Shown in pieces: positions 38,127 through 47,524 of a stretch of 64,000 nucleotides of DNA (the stretch's first letter is position 1; the number at the start of each line of letters is the position of its first letter). The position numbers and the translations under genes are program-made. The stretch is taken from contig JANYJJ010000137.1 in NCBI GenBank assembly GCA_025358485.1, positions 18,065-82,064 on the forward strand, written 5' to 3'. The notes below the pieces were generated by a model. That model did not search any database. It saw nothing but the letters and a program-made list of their open reading frames with translations, and was not told the origin of the DNA. This DNA is from Burkholderiales bacterium (GTDB taxonomy: Bacteria; Pseudomonadota; Gammaproteobacteria; Burkholderiales; Burkholderiaceae_C).

Positions 38127-39773
38127 ATGCTTGAGCGCACTCACCCCGAACCACCCAGCGACGCGACAGATTGGCGTGCGCAAGAACTGCTGTTGCTGAG
38201 CCAAGTGATGCGAGGCGTTGGCCAGAGCTTGGCTCCAGCCGTCGTGCTGCGCGAAATGCTGCACCTGATGAGCGAATTGCTGGGTCTGAATCGCGGGCGC
38301 ATCGTGCTGGCCGACGAAGGCTACCGAACCCCCGCTCCCAGCGCGATCCAACACGCCTATGGACTGACCCAAGACGAGGTGGCCAAAGGCCGCTATGGCC
38401 CCGGCGAAGGGGTGACGGGCCGTGTTTTGGGCACCGGACAGCCGGCCATCGTGCAAGACGTTGACGCCGAACCGGCCTTCCTGTTCCGAGCCGTACCGCG
38501 CAGCCGGCTGCCGCCGCAAACCGTGGCTTTTATTGCGCTGCCGATTGAAGTGGAGCGCCGCACCATCGGGGTGCTGGCCTGTCACCGCATCCGCAGCCGC
38601 CACCGGCAGTTGGGCGATGACGTGGCCATTTTGCGCATATTGGCCACGCTCGCCGGGCAAATGCTTCAGTTGCAGCGTCTGGTGGCGGCAACAACGCGGG
38701 AGCTGCGTGCACGCAACGACCAGCTGACCGTGGCCCTGCAGAGCGCCGCTGCGCGCTATGGCATTGTCGGAACGGCAGCACCGCTGCTGCGCGCCATCAG
38801 CGAGCTCGAACGTGTGGCCAGTGCCACCGCGAGCGTGTTGCTGCTGGGCGAGTCGGGCACAGGCAAAGAGCTGTTTGCGCGCGCGCTGCACCTGTCCAGC
38901 CCGCGCCGTGATCAGCCCTTTATCAAGGTCAACTGCGCGGCGATTCCAGAAGCCCTGTTCGAGAGCGAACTGTTTGGCCACGAGCGTGGGGCGTTCACCG
39001 GTGCCCACGGAGAACGCGCAGGCTGGTTCGAATTGGCGAATCAAGGCACTATTTTTCTCGATGAGATAGGCGAGCTGCCGCTCCAACTGCAAACCAAACT
39101 GCTGCGCACCTTGCAGGAGGGCACCATCCTGCGGCTGGGCGGCAAACGTGAAAAAAAAATCGACGTGCGCTTGGTGGCTGCAACGCACCGCAACCTGGAA
39201 GAAGAAGCTTTGCGCGGGCACTTTAGGCGCGACTTGTTTTATCGCTTGTATGTGATCCCGATTCGCTTGCCGAGCCTGCGTGAACGACCCGACGACATCC
39301 CGCTGTTGAGCCAGCATTTCTTGAGTCGCGCCAACCAGGCCCACAACCGCAACGTCAACCTGACGCCTGGCGCGCTGGCGCGGCTGGCGCGCCATGACTG
39401 GCCGGGCAACATCCGCGAGCTGGACAATTTGATCGAACGCATGGTGCTGTTGGCTGAAACGTCGCTGCTCGATGAAACGGCGGTGCAGCGGCTTTTGCAA
39501 GACGGGCCGCCTTCAGCGTCGCAGACCGTTGCAACCTCAGTGCCTGTCGCGGCGACGGCGCTGGGCGGCCGACAGCGCATTGGGGCGCAAGACGGGCTGC
39601 GTGACCGGGCGCATGAAGACGTTCGTGATTATTGGCGCGCCGATTCGCACAGCCCGCAGATGCTGAACGAAGCCTTGGCTTTGGCCGGTGGCAACCAGAC
39701 ACGCGCTGCGCATGCGCTGGGTTTGACCGTCAGGCAGCTGGGCTATCGCTTGAAAAAACTGTCAACGTCGTAG
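38127..39773 (+). CDS. sigma-54-dependent enhancer-binding transcriptional regulator (GAF - AAA+ - Fis HTH)
   Basis: GAF-like N-terminal domain, Walker [15 protein letters not shown] signature ([13 protein letters not shown]), C-terminal HTH ([22 protein letters not shown]). Resembles CynF of the Pseudomonas cynFABDS cluster (from memory). Confidence 0.9.
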   Translation: MLERTHPEPPSDATDWRAQELLLLSQVMRGVGQSLAPAVVLREMLHLMSELLGLNRGRIVLADEGYRTPAPSAIQHAYGLTQDEVAKGRYGPGEGVTGRVLGTGQPAIVQDVDAEPAFLFRAVPRSRLPPQTVAFIALPIEVERRTIGVLACHRIRSRHRQLGDDVAILRILATLAGQMLQLQRLVAATTRELRARNDQLTVALQSAAARYGIVGTAAPLLRAISELERVASATASVLLLGESGTGKELFARALHLSSPRRDQPFIKVNCAAIPEALFESELFGHERGAFTGAHGERAGWFELANQGTIFLDEIGELPLQLQTKLLRTLQEGTILRLGGKREKKIDVRLVAATHRNLEEEALRGHFRRDLFYRLYVIPIRLPSLRERPDDIPLLSQHFLSRANQAHNRNVNLTPGALARLARHDWPGNIRELDNLIERMVLLAETSLLDETAVQRLLQDGPPSASQTVATSVPVAATALGGRQRIGAQDGLRDRAHEDVRDYWRADSHSPQMLNEALALAGGNQTRAAHALGLTVRQLGYRLKKLSTS

Positions 39774-39810
39774 TTCGGCCAGCGACCCCGGTTCACAAGC
39801 CGCCAAAGTT

Positions 39811-39843
39811 CGACAAAGGCCGACAAATTGTCGCCAAATTGTC
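39811..39843. promoter_or_regulatory. candidate upstream activator sites
   Basis: CGACAAAggcCGACAAATTGTCgcCAAATTGTC. Contains palindrome CGACAAATTGTCG and two CAAATTGTC copies 11 nt apart, 125-155 nt upstream of the -24 element. Confidence 0.4.
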
Positions 39844-39966
39844 CAGTCGGTGCCTGCATGTTTCGAACTGCGGCAGCCCAGATCAACAGCAGCAACCCTC
39901 GGCAAAAGTGCGCAACACCAGGATCTGCGGGCCTTTGCACGCAACAGCTTGCTGCGAATGGGTGAG

Positions 39967-39981
39967 TGGCACAGCCCTTGC
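39967..39981 (+). promoter_or_regulatory. sigma-54 (-24/-12) promoter
   Basis: TGGCACAGCCCTTGC is an exact match to TGGCAC-N5-TTGC. It lies 46 nt upstream of the rhodanese ATG, which has a GGAGA RBS. Confidence 0.75.
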
Positions 39982-40026
39982 GCTATCAGCCTTCGATCCT
40001 TCACCAAACTCTTCGGAGATTCGCCC

Positions 40027-40914
40027 ATGAACAGCTCACCCGTCCTCATCTCCCCGACCGAACTGCAAGCGCTGATGAGCGCCATGCCGACCGTGGTCAT
40101 CGACACCCGCGACGCTGACGCCTACGCGGCAGGGCACATCCCTGGCGCCATCAACATGCGCGAAATCTTCACCTATCTCGCGACGTCCACGGCAGAGGGC
40201 TTGCAAGCACTGAAGGCGACTTTCGCGGCAGCCTTTGGCGCTGCGGGCTTGTCCGGCGCTGAGACTGCCATTTTTTATGAAGACGCGTTGAACAGTGGCT
40301 ACGGGCAAAGCTGCCGTGGCTATTACCTGCTGACCTGGTTGGGCTACCCCAAGGTGAAAGTGGTCAACGGCGGGTTCTCTGCCTGGACGGCCTGCGCACT
40401 GCCGGTGTCTGTTGCGCCAGCCACGCCGCAGCCTGCCGTCTTTCCGTCGTTGGCCACCACCGACGTGATGCTCACCAAGGAGCAGGTGCAAGCCGCATTG
40501 GGAACCGACGTCGTGCTTTTGGATGTGCGTGACATCGACGAGTGGACGGGCGAGAGCAGCTCGCCTTACGGCAAGGACTTCGCGCCGCGCAAAGGCCGTT
40601 TGCCAGGTGCGAAGTGGATCGAGTGGTACCGCTTCATGAAGCCCAGTGCGCAAGGCCCGCAAATCAAATCGGCGCTGGAGGTTCAAGCCGAATGCGCCAC
40701 CGCGGGCATTGCCACCGACGACACGATCTACCTGTACTGCTTCAAAGGTGCCCGTGCTTCGAACACGTTTTTGGCTTTGAAGCAGGCCGGTTTCAGCGAC
40801 GTGCGCATGTACTTTGGTTCATGGAACGAATGGTCGCGAGATGACGCTTTGCCCATCGAGACGGCACCCCCGGTGATGGCCAGCAAGCCCGCACCACTGG
40901 CCATGGCTGCTTGA
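40027..40914 (+). CDS. tandem-rhodanese sulfurtransferase
   Basis: Two rhodanese domains. Active-site loop CFKGARAS in the second. GHIPGAINM in the first. Confidence 0.85.
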   Translation: MNSSPVLISPTELQALMSAMPTVVIDTRDADAYAAGHIPGAINMREIFTYLATSTAEGLQALKATFAAAFGAAGLSGAETAIFYEDALNSGYGQSCRGYYLLTWLGYPKVKVVNGGFSAWTACALPVSVAPATPQPAVFPSLATTDVMLTKEQVQAALGTDVVLLDVRDIDEWTGESSSPYGKDFAPRKGRLPGAKWIEWYRFMKPSAQGPQIKSALEVQAECATAGIATDDTIYLYCFKGARASNTFLALKQAGFSDVRMYFGSWNEWSRDDALPIETAPPVMASKPAPLAMAA

Positions 40915-40928
40915 GGTCAGGACGCGCC

Positions 40929-41459
40929 ATGACCACCGTCACTGCCTACCTCAAGCCCATTGACCGCGACGGCCTGCTTAAATTCGCCGCCGCCGGCCAA
41001 GCCGATCCGTCACGCCGCGGCACCAACAAAGTCCGCACCGTGATGGAAGGAAAGTACCGCTCGTTGAGCCACGTGGGCGACCACGCGCCGGTCGTGGTGG
41101 ACGAACCCTTGCACTTGTTCGGCGACAACACCGCGCCCGCGCCCGGCGAAATCGTGTTGTCGGCGCTGGGCGGTTGCCTGGCCGTGGGCATCACTGCGGT
41201 GGCCACCTGGAAGCAGGTCAAGCTGAGCCGGCTGGAATTGTTTTTGGAAGGTGACATCGGCAACCCGGCGGCGTGGGGGGCTGGCGGGGCCGAGCTGCCG
41301 CCGCCGCTGATGGGCTTCCAAGCCATCCGCGTGAAAGTCAACCTCGAAGGCGCGGCCACGCGCGCGCAGCTGGACGAAATCGTGCAGCACGCCAATCAAT
41401 ATTCGCCGGTGGCCAACAGCATGCGCAACCCGATTGCTTTCAGCATTGCGCTGGACTGA
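40929..41459 (+). CDS. OsmC-family protein
   Basis: GDNTAPAPGEIVLSALGGCLAVG ... NQYSPVANS. OsmC fold, with the second conserved Cys replaced by Ser. Confidence 0.8.
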   Translation: MTTVTAYLKPIDRDGLLKFAAAGQADPSRRGTNKVRTVMEGKYRSLSHVGDHAPVVVDEPLHLFGDNTAPAPGEIVLSALGGCLAVGITAVATWKQVKLSRLELFLEGDIGNPAAWGAGGAELPPPLMGFQAIRVKVNLEGAATRAQLDEIVQHANQYSPVANSMRNPIAFSIALD

Positions 41460-41484
41460 ACTTCCATTTTTGAAGCAACACGCC

Positions 41485-42633
41485 ATGGACATGACCGACT
41501 TGCAAACAGCGCCACACCCTGCCTGCGGTGCCGAGGCCAAAATGCTCAGTGCTGTGTGCGACATCGCCAACGGCGCATTGCGCGAGGCCGCCGAGGCAAC
41601 AGACCGCGGCATCTACCCGTGCGACCTGCTGCAACAACTGGGCACTGCCGGTGCCTTCTCGGCCCACCTCGGGCCGGGTGCCGAAGCAGGCGACTATGCC
41701 AGCGCGATCCATGCGATGGCAGCGGTATCGCGTGTTTGCGGTGCCAGCGGCTTCATGGTGTGGTGCCAGCAAGTTTGTGGTTTGTATCTGCAGCAGTCAG
41801 GCAACCCTGCACTCACCGGGCAGGTCTTGGCCGCTCATGCCAGCGGTGAGCGTTTGGGCGGCACGGGCATGAGCAACCCGATGAAGACCTATGCCGGGAT
41901 CGAAACCATGTTGCTGCGCGCCACGCCGGTTCAAGGCGGGTACTTGGTGAACGGTACGCTGCCATGGGTCAGCCACATTGGGTCGAATCACTATGCAGGG
42001 GTGCTGGCTGCGGTGGATGAACCGCCGGGCGAGTCGACTCGCGAAATCATGTTTTTGCTGCGCTGTGACGCGCCGGGCGTGGCACTGCGCCCCTGCCCAT
42101 CGTTCTCTGCGATGGAGGGCACCAACACCTGGGCCATACGCTGCACGGACGTTTTCATCGGCAGCGAAGTGCTCATGGCGGATCCGGCGCGGCCCTTCAT
42201 TGGCCGCATCCGAGGTGCCTTTGTGCTGCTGCAAACCGGCTTCGGCCTGGGCGTGGCCCAAGGTGCCATCGACTCCATGTGGCAGGTCGAGCCGCAACTG
42301 GGCCATGTGAACCGCTATCTCGAAGATCGGCCTGACGATCTGCAAGCGGAGTTGGACGCGTTGACCGCGCGAATCGATGGCTTGGCCGCAGACCCTTTCA
42401 ATGCCGCGCGCGATCACCTCATCGATGTGTTGGACGCACGTGCGCACGCCAGTGAACTGGCTTTGCGGGCCGCCCAAAGCGCCTTGTTGCATGCGGGGGC
42501 TCGTGGCTATTTGATTTCCAGCGAAGTGCAACGCCGCGTTCGCGAATCGCATTTCGTGGCCATCGTCACGCCCGCAGTCAAGCACCTGCGCAAGGAGATC
42601 GCCCGGCTCTCAACGGCGGAGATGCCGTCTTGA
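41485..42633 (+). CDS. acyl-CoA dehydrogenase-fold flavoprotein
   Basis: ~380 aa with ACAD N/M/C architecture ([23 protein letters not shown]). C-terminal region reads VAIVTPAV where MCAD-type enzymes have IYEGT. Confidence 0.8.
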   Translation: MDMTDLQTAPHPACGAEAKMLSAVCDIANGALREAAEATDRGIYPCDLLQQLGTAGAFSAHLGPGAEAGDYASAIHAMAAVSRVCGASGFMVWCQQVCGLYLQQSGNPALTGQVLAAHASGERLGGTGMSNPMKTYAGIETMLLRATPVQGGYLVNGTLPWVSHIGSNHYAGVLAAVDEPPGESTREIMFLLRCDAPGVALRPCPSFSAMEGTNTWAIRCTDVFIGSEVLMADPARPFIGRIRGAFVLLQTGFGLGVAQGAIDSMWQVEPQLGHVNRYLEDRPDDLQAELDALTARIDGLAADPFNAARDHLIDVLDARAHASELALRAAQSALLHAGARGYLISSEVQRRVRESHFVAIVTPAVKHLRKEIARLSTAEMPS

Positions 42634-44108
42634 GTGCAGGCCAAGCGGCGCTGGCGGTGCTTCTGCCTTGGCAGCAATTCATTTGCCATGTTTGCGGTCT
42701 GATCTACGACGAAGCCAAAGGCGACCCTGACGGCGGCCTGCCACCGGGCACGCGCTTTGCGGACATCCCCGACGACTGGGCCTGCCCGATTTGCGGCGTC
42801 AGCAAGGCCGACTTCGTGCCCTTCACGCCGCCGCCACCTCGCGACGCCAACAGCGCAAGACACGCACCGAAGCACGTCACGCGGCGCGGCGCGCGGGGCT
42901 CATCAGACAGCGGCGTGCTCATCGTCGGCGCGGGACGTGCGGGCTGGCAAGTGGCACAGGCACTGCGCGAGCGCGATGCCACGCTGGCCATCACCTTGGT
43001 CAGCGCCTGCAACGGCGACGTCTACGACAAGCCGCAACTCAGCGTGGCCGTGGCGCGCGGCATTGCCCTGCACAGCTTGGTTCGTGAGAGCGCGGCCGAT
43101 GCAGCGGAGCGCTTGAACTTGCGAATGCTGACGTCCACCGTTGCGCTTCACATCGACACGCGCACGCAGGCGCTGCGAACCGGCCGTGGTCCGCTGAGAT
43201 GGGGTCATTTGGTGCTGGCCCAGGGTGCCGAACCAGCGCTGCCAGCCGCGCTGCCGGCCGCGTTGGTATGGCGTATCAACGACCTGGCCAATTACCGAGC
43301 GCTGCGCGCCGCACTTCTCGGTAGGCCCCAGCGCATCGTGTTGGTAGGCGCTGGATTGGTGGGTTGCGAACTGGCCAACGACCTGGCGTTGGCTGGGCAC
43401 CGCGTTACCTTGCTGGACGTGCAATCAAACCCGTTGTCGGCGCACCTGCCAACAGAGGCAAGCCAGCGTCTGCTGAAGGCTTGGTCTGATTTGCCCATCC
43501 AATTTGTGGGAGGCATGCGCGTCAGCGGTGTGGAACGTCGGGCCGACGGTGGCCTGCGAGTTCACAGTCAGAACGCTGGACATTTCGATGCCGATCAGGT
43601 CATTGCCGCCACAGGCTTGCGAACCGCCGATCGCCTTGCGCGCAGTGCGGGTCTGGCCTTCGACGCTGTCGCGGGCGGCATTCAAGTGCGTGCTGAAGAC
43701 GGCGCGACCAGCGTGGCGGGCATCTACGCGCTGGGCGACTGCGCAGTGATTGACGGCTGCGCAAGCCGCTACATCGAACCCATCGGTCGGCAGGCACAAG
43801 CCATCGCCGCGGCCATCACGGGCCAAAGCTTCGAAGTCGGCGATGTTGCGGCTTCGGTGCTGCGCGTGAAGACCAGCCAACTGCCCATCACGCTGACGCG
43901 CGTGGGCAACGACGCCGCGCCTGGTGTGGAATCCGGTGCGGCAACCGAAAATGCCCATTGGCACATCGACCGCAACGACGATGACGCGCTGCACATGCGC
44001 AAAGTCTCAGCCAGCGGTCGGCTGATCGCCACCTTGGTGTCTGGCCGATACCCGCAGCCGACGGCTGAAGTGCAAGCCACTGCCCGCATCGTCCAAGCCG
44101 TTTTTTAA
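42630..44108 (+). CDS. rubredoxin fused to FAD-dependent pyridine-nucleotide-disulfide (rubredoxin reductase-like) oxidoreductase
   Basis: N-terminus [12 protein letters not shown]...[13 protein letters not shown] (CxxC...CxxC rubredoxin), then [12 protein letters not shown] and [14 protein letters not shown] dinucleotide folds. TTG start overlaps the upstream stop. Confidence 0.85.
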   Translation: MSAGQAALAVLLPWQQFICHVCGLIYDEAKGDPDGGLPPGTRFADIPDDWACPICGVSKADFVPFTPPPPRDANSARHAPKHVTRRGARGSSDSGVLIVGAGRAGWQVAQALRERDATLAITLVSACNGDVYDKPQLSVAVARGIALHSLVRESAADAAERLNLRMLTSTVALHIDTRTQALRTGRGPLRWGHLVLAQGAEPALPAALPAALVWRINDLANYRALRAALLGRPQRIVLVGAGLVGCELANDLALAGHRVTLLDVQSNPLSAHLPTEASQRLLKAWSDLPIQFVGGMRVSGVERRADGGLRVHSQNAGHFDADQVIAATGLRTADRLARSAGLAFDAVAGGIQVRAEDGATSVAGIYALGDCAVIDGCASRYIEPIGRQAQAIAAAITGQSFEVGDVAASVLRVKTSQLPITLTRVGNDAAPGVESGAATENAHWHIDRNDDDALHMRKVSASGRLIATLVSGRYPQPTAEVQATARIVQAVF

Positions 44109-44305
44109 GCTTGCCGCACAGGCTGCGCGCTGTGGGTGCGGATGTTGCGCATGTTGCGGTGGGCGCACTGCCTCAACGTGTGCGAATCAGCTATGCCCGC
44201 ACAGCAGTTTTGCATGCACTTCAACGCTCACCGGCACGCGCTGGCGTACTTCTCGTCTCATATCATCGCGCGGGCCTTGCTTCGGCTCAAACGCGCCAAC
44301 ACGCC

Positions 44306-45481
44306 ATGTCAGGTTTGAAAATTTCTCTGCTGTTCGCCGCCGCATGCACCTTGACGGCCTGCGCCGGTTCCAACCCACACTTTGATGCCAGCAAGCCGCA
44401 TCACCGCCCCACGGGTTTCGTCAACAACTACCTCGACAACAGCAAAATTGGCGAGGGCTTCGTGCGCTGGCAGTGGACGCGCTTCACCAGCACTTTGCCC
44501 ACCGACCGGCCCGAGCGCGTGCCTCGGCAAGCGGTGGACGTGGCCTATCTGCAAGCCAACCGCACCGACACCACGGCCACCTGGCTCGGGCACGCCACCA
44601 TGCTGTGGCAAATCGGCGGTAAAAACATTTTGGTCGACCCGATTTTTTCTGAGCGTGCCAGCCCCGTGAGCTTTGCGGGCCCGGCGCGTTTGACGCCTGT
44701 GGCGATGCGCTTGGATCAGCTTCCGCACATCGACGCGGTCGTGGTCAGCCACAACCACTACGACCACTTGGACCGGCCCACCGTGTTGGCCTTGCAGCAG
44801 CAAAAAGGCGGTGCGCCGCTGTTCATCGTGCCGCTGGGCATCAACGATTGGATGAAGCGTGAAGGCGTCACCACGGTGCAGGGTTTGGACTGGTGGCAGG
44901 CTCATCAATTGGGGGATGTGAAGGTGAGCTTGGTGCCCGCGCAGCATTGGTCGGCACGCGGTGTGGCCGACCGCCATGAGTCACTCTGGGGCGGTTTTGT
45001 GGTGCAGCACCAGGGCTACTCGATGTACTACAGCGGCGACACCGGTTACAGCCGCGACTTTGCCGACATCGCTGCGAAGTTTGGCAAGTTTGACTTTGCG
45101 CAGATCCCGGTGGGCTGCTACGAGCCGCGTTGGTTCATGGGCAACCAGCACGTGAACGAACCCGAGGCCATTCAAATTCACCGCGACGTGGGCAGCAAGT
45201 TGTCCGTGGGTGTGCACTGGGGCACCTTCCGTTTGTGCGACGACCCCATCGACCAAGTGCTGGATGAATTTCCGAAAGCTGCCAAGGCCGCGGGCTTGAA
45301 GGACGGTGAGTTTGTGTTGCCTGCGTTGGGGCAGACCTTTGTGTTGCAACGCGCGGTGCCGCCACGCTCTGTGCTTGAACTTTCTGTGCCGAAACGCGCA
45401 GGGGAAACTGACCCTCAAGCCACAGCTTCTGCCTTGCCCACTTCCTCGTCGTCTTCCTCACCCAAAAACCCGCCACTCTGA
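44306..45481 (+). CDS. MBL-fold metallo-hydrolase lipoprotein (NAPE-PLD-like)
   Basis: Lipobox LTACAG. VVSHNHYDHLD metallo-beta-lactamase motif. Confidence 0.8.
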   Translation: MSGLKISLLFAAACTLTACAGSNPHFDASKPHHRPTGFVNNYLDNSKIGEGFVRWQWTRFTSTLPTDRPERVPRQAVDVAYLQANRTDTTATWLGHATMLWQIGGKNILVDPIFSERASPVSFAGPARLTPVAMRLDQLPHIDAVVVSHNHYDHLDRPTVLALQQQKGGAPLFIVPLGINDWMKREGVTTVQGLDWWQAHQLGDVKVSLVPAQHWSARGVADRHESLWGGFVVQHQGYSMYYSGDTGYSRDFADIAAKFGKFDFAQIPVGCYEPRWFMGNQHVNEPEAIQIHRDVGSKLSVGVHWGTFRLCDDPIDQVLDEFPKAAKAAGLKDGEFVLPALGQTFVLQRAVPPRSVLELSVPKRAGETDPQATASALPTSSSSSSPKNPPL

Positions 45482-47334
45482 TGCGCCCACAGGCGCGCGT
45501 AAATGCCGCCTGCTGCGAGCAAGCTTTTGTGGTCGCCCACCTCCACCACGCGGCCTTGGTCCATCACCACCAAGCGGTCCATGGCGGCGATGGTGGACAA
45601 GCGGTGCGCAATCGCGACCACGGTTTTGCCTTCCATCAACTTGTACAAACTGGTTTGAATGGCGGCTTCCACTTCGCTGTCGAGCGCGCTGGTGGCTTCG
45701 TCCAACAACAGGATGGGCGCGTCTTTCAACATCACGCGCGCAATGGCCACGCGCTGGCGCTGGCCGCCTGACAACTTCACGCCGCGCTCGCCCACGTGGG
45801 CATCAAAACCGGTGCGGCCTTTGGGGTCGGTCAGGTGCTGGATGAAGGCGTCGGCCTCGGCACGCTGGGCGGCGTGCAGCATCTGTTGCTCGGTGGCGTC
45901 GGGTCGGCCGTAACCGATGTTGTCGCGCACCGAGCGGTGCATCAACGACGTGTCTTGCGTGACCATGCCCACCTGACGGCGCAGGCTGGTTTGCGTGACG
46001 TGAGCGATGTCTTGGCCGTCTATCAAGATGCGCCCGCTGCGCAGGTCGTACAAACGCAGCAGCAAGTTGACCACCGTGCTTTTGCCCGCGCCTGAGCGGC
46101 CGACCAAACCGATTTTTTCGCCCGGGCGGATGGTCAAATTTAATTGGTCGATGACCGCTTTGTCGGCACCTTCTTTGTGAGCACCTGCTTTGTCGGTGGC
46201 CTCTCTGTCGCTGGCCAGAGCGGCGCGATAGGAGAAGACCACGTTTTCAAACCTCACTTCACCGCGCGTGACGGTCAAGTCTTGCGCGTCAGCGGCGTCC
46301 ACCACCGCACGCGTGCGAGACAGGGTGAGCATGCCGTCTTGCACCGTGCCGATGTGCTCGAACAGGCTGGACATTTCCCACATCACCCAATGCGAAATGC
46401 CGTTCAAGCGAAACGCCATGGCAGTGGCCGCAGCCACCGCGCCCACACCCACCAAGCCCGGCACCCACAACCACAATGCGGTGCCGGTGATGGCGGCAAT
46501 CAACAGCACGCTCAAAATCTGGTTCACAACTTCAAACGCCGTGACCAAACGCATTTGGCCGTAGGCCGTCACCATGAATTCCTGCATGGCGCTGCGCGCA
46601 AATTGCGCCTCTCGCTGCGAGTGCGAAAACAGCTTGACGGTGGCGATGTTGGTGTACGCATCGGTCACGCGGCCCGTCATCAGGCTGCGTGCATCGGCCT
46701 GCGCCTGTGCCACTTTGCCCAAGCGCGGCACGAAGTAAACCAGCGCGCAAAGGTAAAGCAACAGCCACCCCAAAAACGGCAACATCAGCCACGCATCAAA
46801 CGCCGCCACCACCGCCAGCGTGGTGCCGAAATACACGATGACGTACACCATGATGTCGCTGACGATGAGCCAGGTGTCGCGCACCGCCAGCGAGGTTTGC
46901 ATCACCTTGGTGGCAATGCGCCCAGCAAATTCGTCTTGGTAAAACACCATGCTTTGCTCAAGCATTTGGCGGTGAAAGTTCCAGCGCAAACGCATCGGAA
47001 AATTGCTGAAGATGCTTTGGTATTTGACCAGCGCCTGTGACGCGGCAAACACCACGCTGGCCAGCAACACCGCCGCCATCCACATCAAAGTGCGGCCTTC
47101 GCGTTGCCACAGCTCGGCTGGTTTCACCGTGGCCAACACGTCCAACACGTGGGCCATCATGCTGAACAGCAAAGCCTCAAACGCACCGATGCTGGCGGTG
47201 AACAACACCAGCATCAGCAAGTAAGGGCGCACGCCGCGCGAGTTCTCCCACACAAATGCAAAGAAGGACGGCGGCGGTGGCGGCGGCAAGGCGTCGGGAT
47301 AAGCCGAGACCTTGCGCTCAAAAAACTGGAACAA
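45415..47334 (-). CDS. ABC exporter, fused permease/ATPase (MsbA/multidrug-type)
   Basis: Six-TM N-terminal half. Walker A GRSGAGKST, LSGGQRQRVAIAR, ILLLDEATSALD. Confidence 0.9.
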   Translation of the reverse strand: MFQFFERKVSAYPDALPPPPPPSFFAFVWENSRGVRPYLLMLVLFTASIGAFEALLFSMMAHVLDVLATVKPAELWQREGRTLMWMAAVLLASVVFAASQALVKYQSIFSNFPMRLRWNFHRQMLEQSMVFYQDEFAGRIATKVMQTSLAVRDTWLIVSDIMVYVIVYFGTTLAVVAAFDAWLMLPFLGWLLLYLCALVYFVPRLGKVAQAQADARSLMTGRVTDAYTNIATVKLFSHSQREAQFARSAMQEFMVTAYGQMRLVTAFEVVNQILSVLLIAAITGTALWLWVPGLVGVGAVAAATAMAFRLNGISHWVMWEMSSLFEHIGTVQDGMLTLSRTRAVVDAADAQDLTVTRGEVRFENVVFSYRAALASDREATDKAGAHKEGADKAVIDQLNLTIRPGEKIGLVGRSGAGKSTVVNLLLRLYDLRSGRILIDGQDIAHVTQTSLRRQVGMVTQDTSLMHRSVRDNIGYGRPDATEQQMLHAAQRAEADAFIQHLTDPKGRTGFDAHVGERGVKLSGGQRQRVAIARVMLKDAPILLLDEATSALDSEVEAAIQTSLYKLMEGKTVVAIAHRLSTIAAMDRLVVMDQGRVVEVGDHKSLLAAGGIYARLWAHQSGGFLGEEDDEEVGKAEAVA

Positions 47335-47524
47335 ATGCGGCTCCCGCGTGAAACATGAGCCCGATTATCCGCAGGCGTTGTGTCGTTTACTCGGGCGTGG
47401 CTTACACCCCATCAGCGACGAACTTCGCTACCCATCCGCAGATTCACCGGCCACCGCGCCGCGCCGCACGTCACTCCAACGCGGGTCGGCGCGCATCAGG
47501 CTGAGCGTTACGTAGGGGAACGCG

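Noticed and set aside
38091-39500. 469-aa minus-strand ORF opposite the sigma-54 regulator
   Set aside because: Shadow ORF. The plus strand carries unmistakable AAA+ ([14 protein letters not shown]) motifs.
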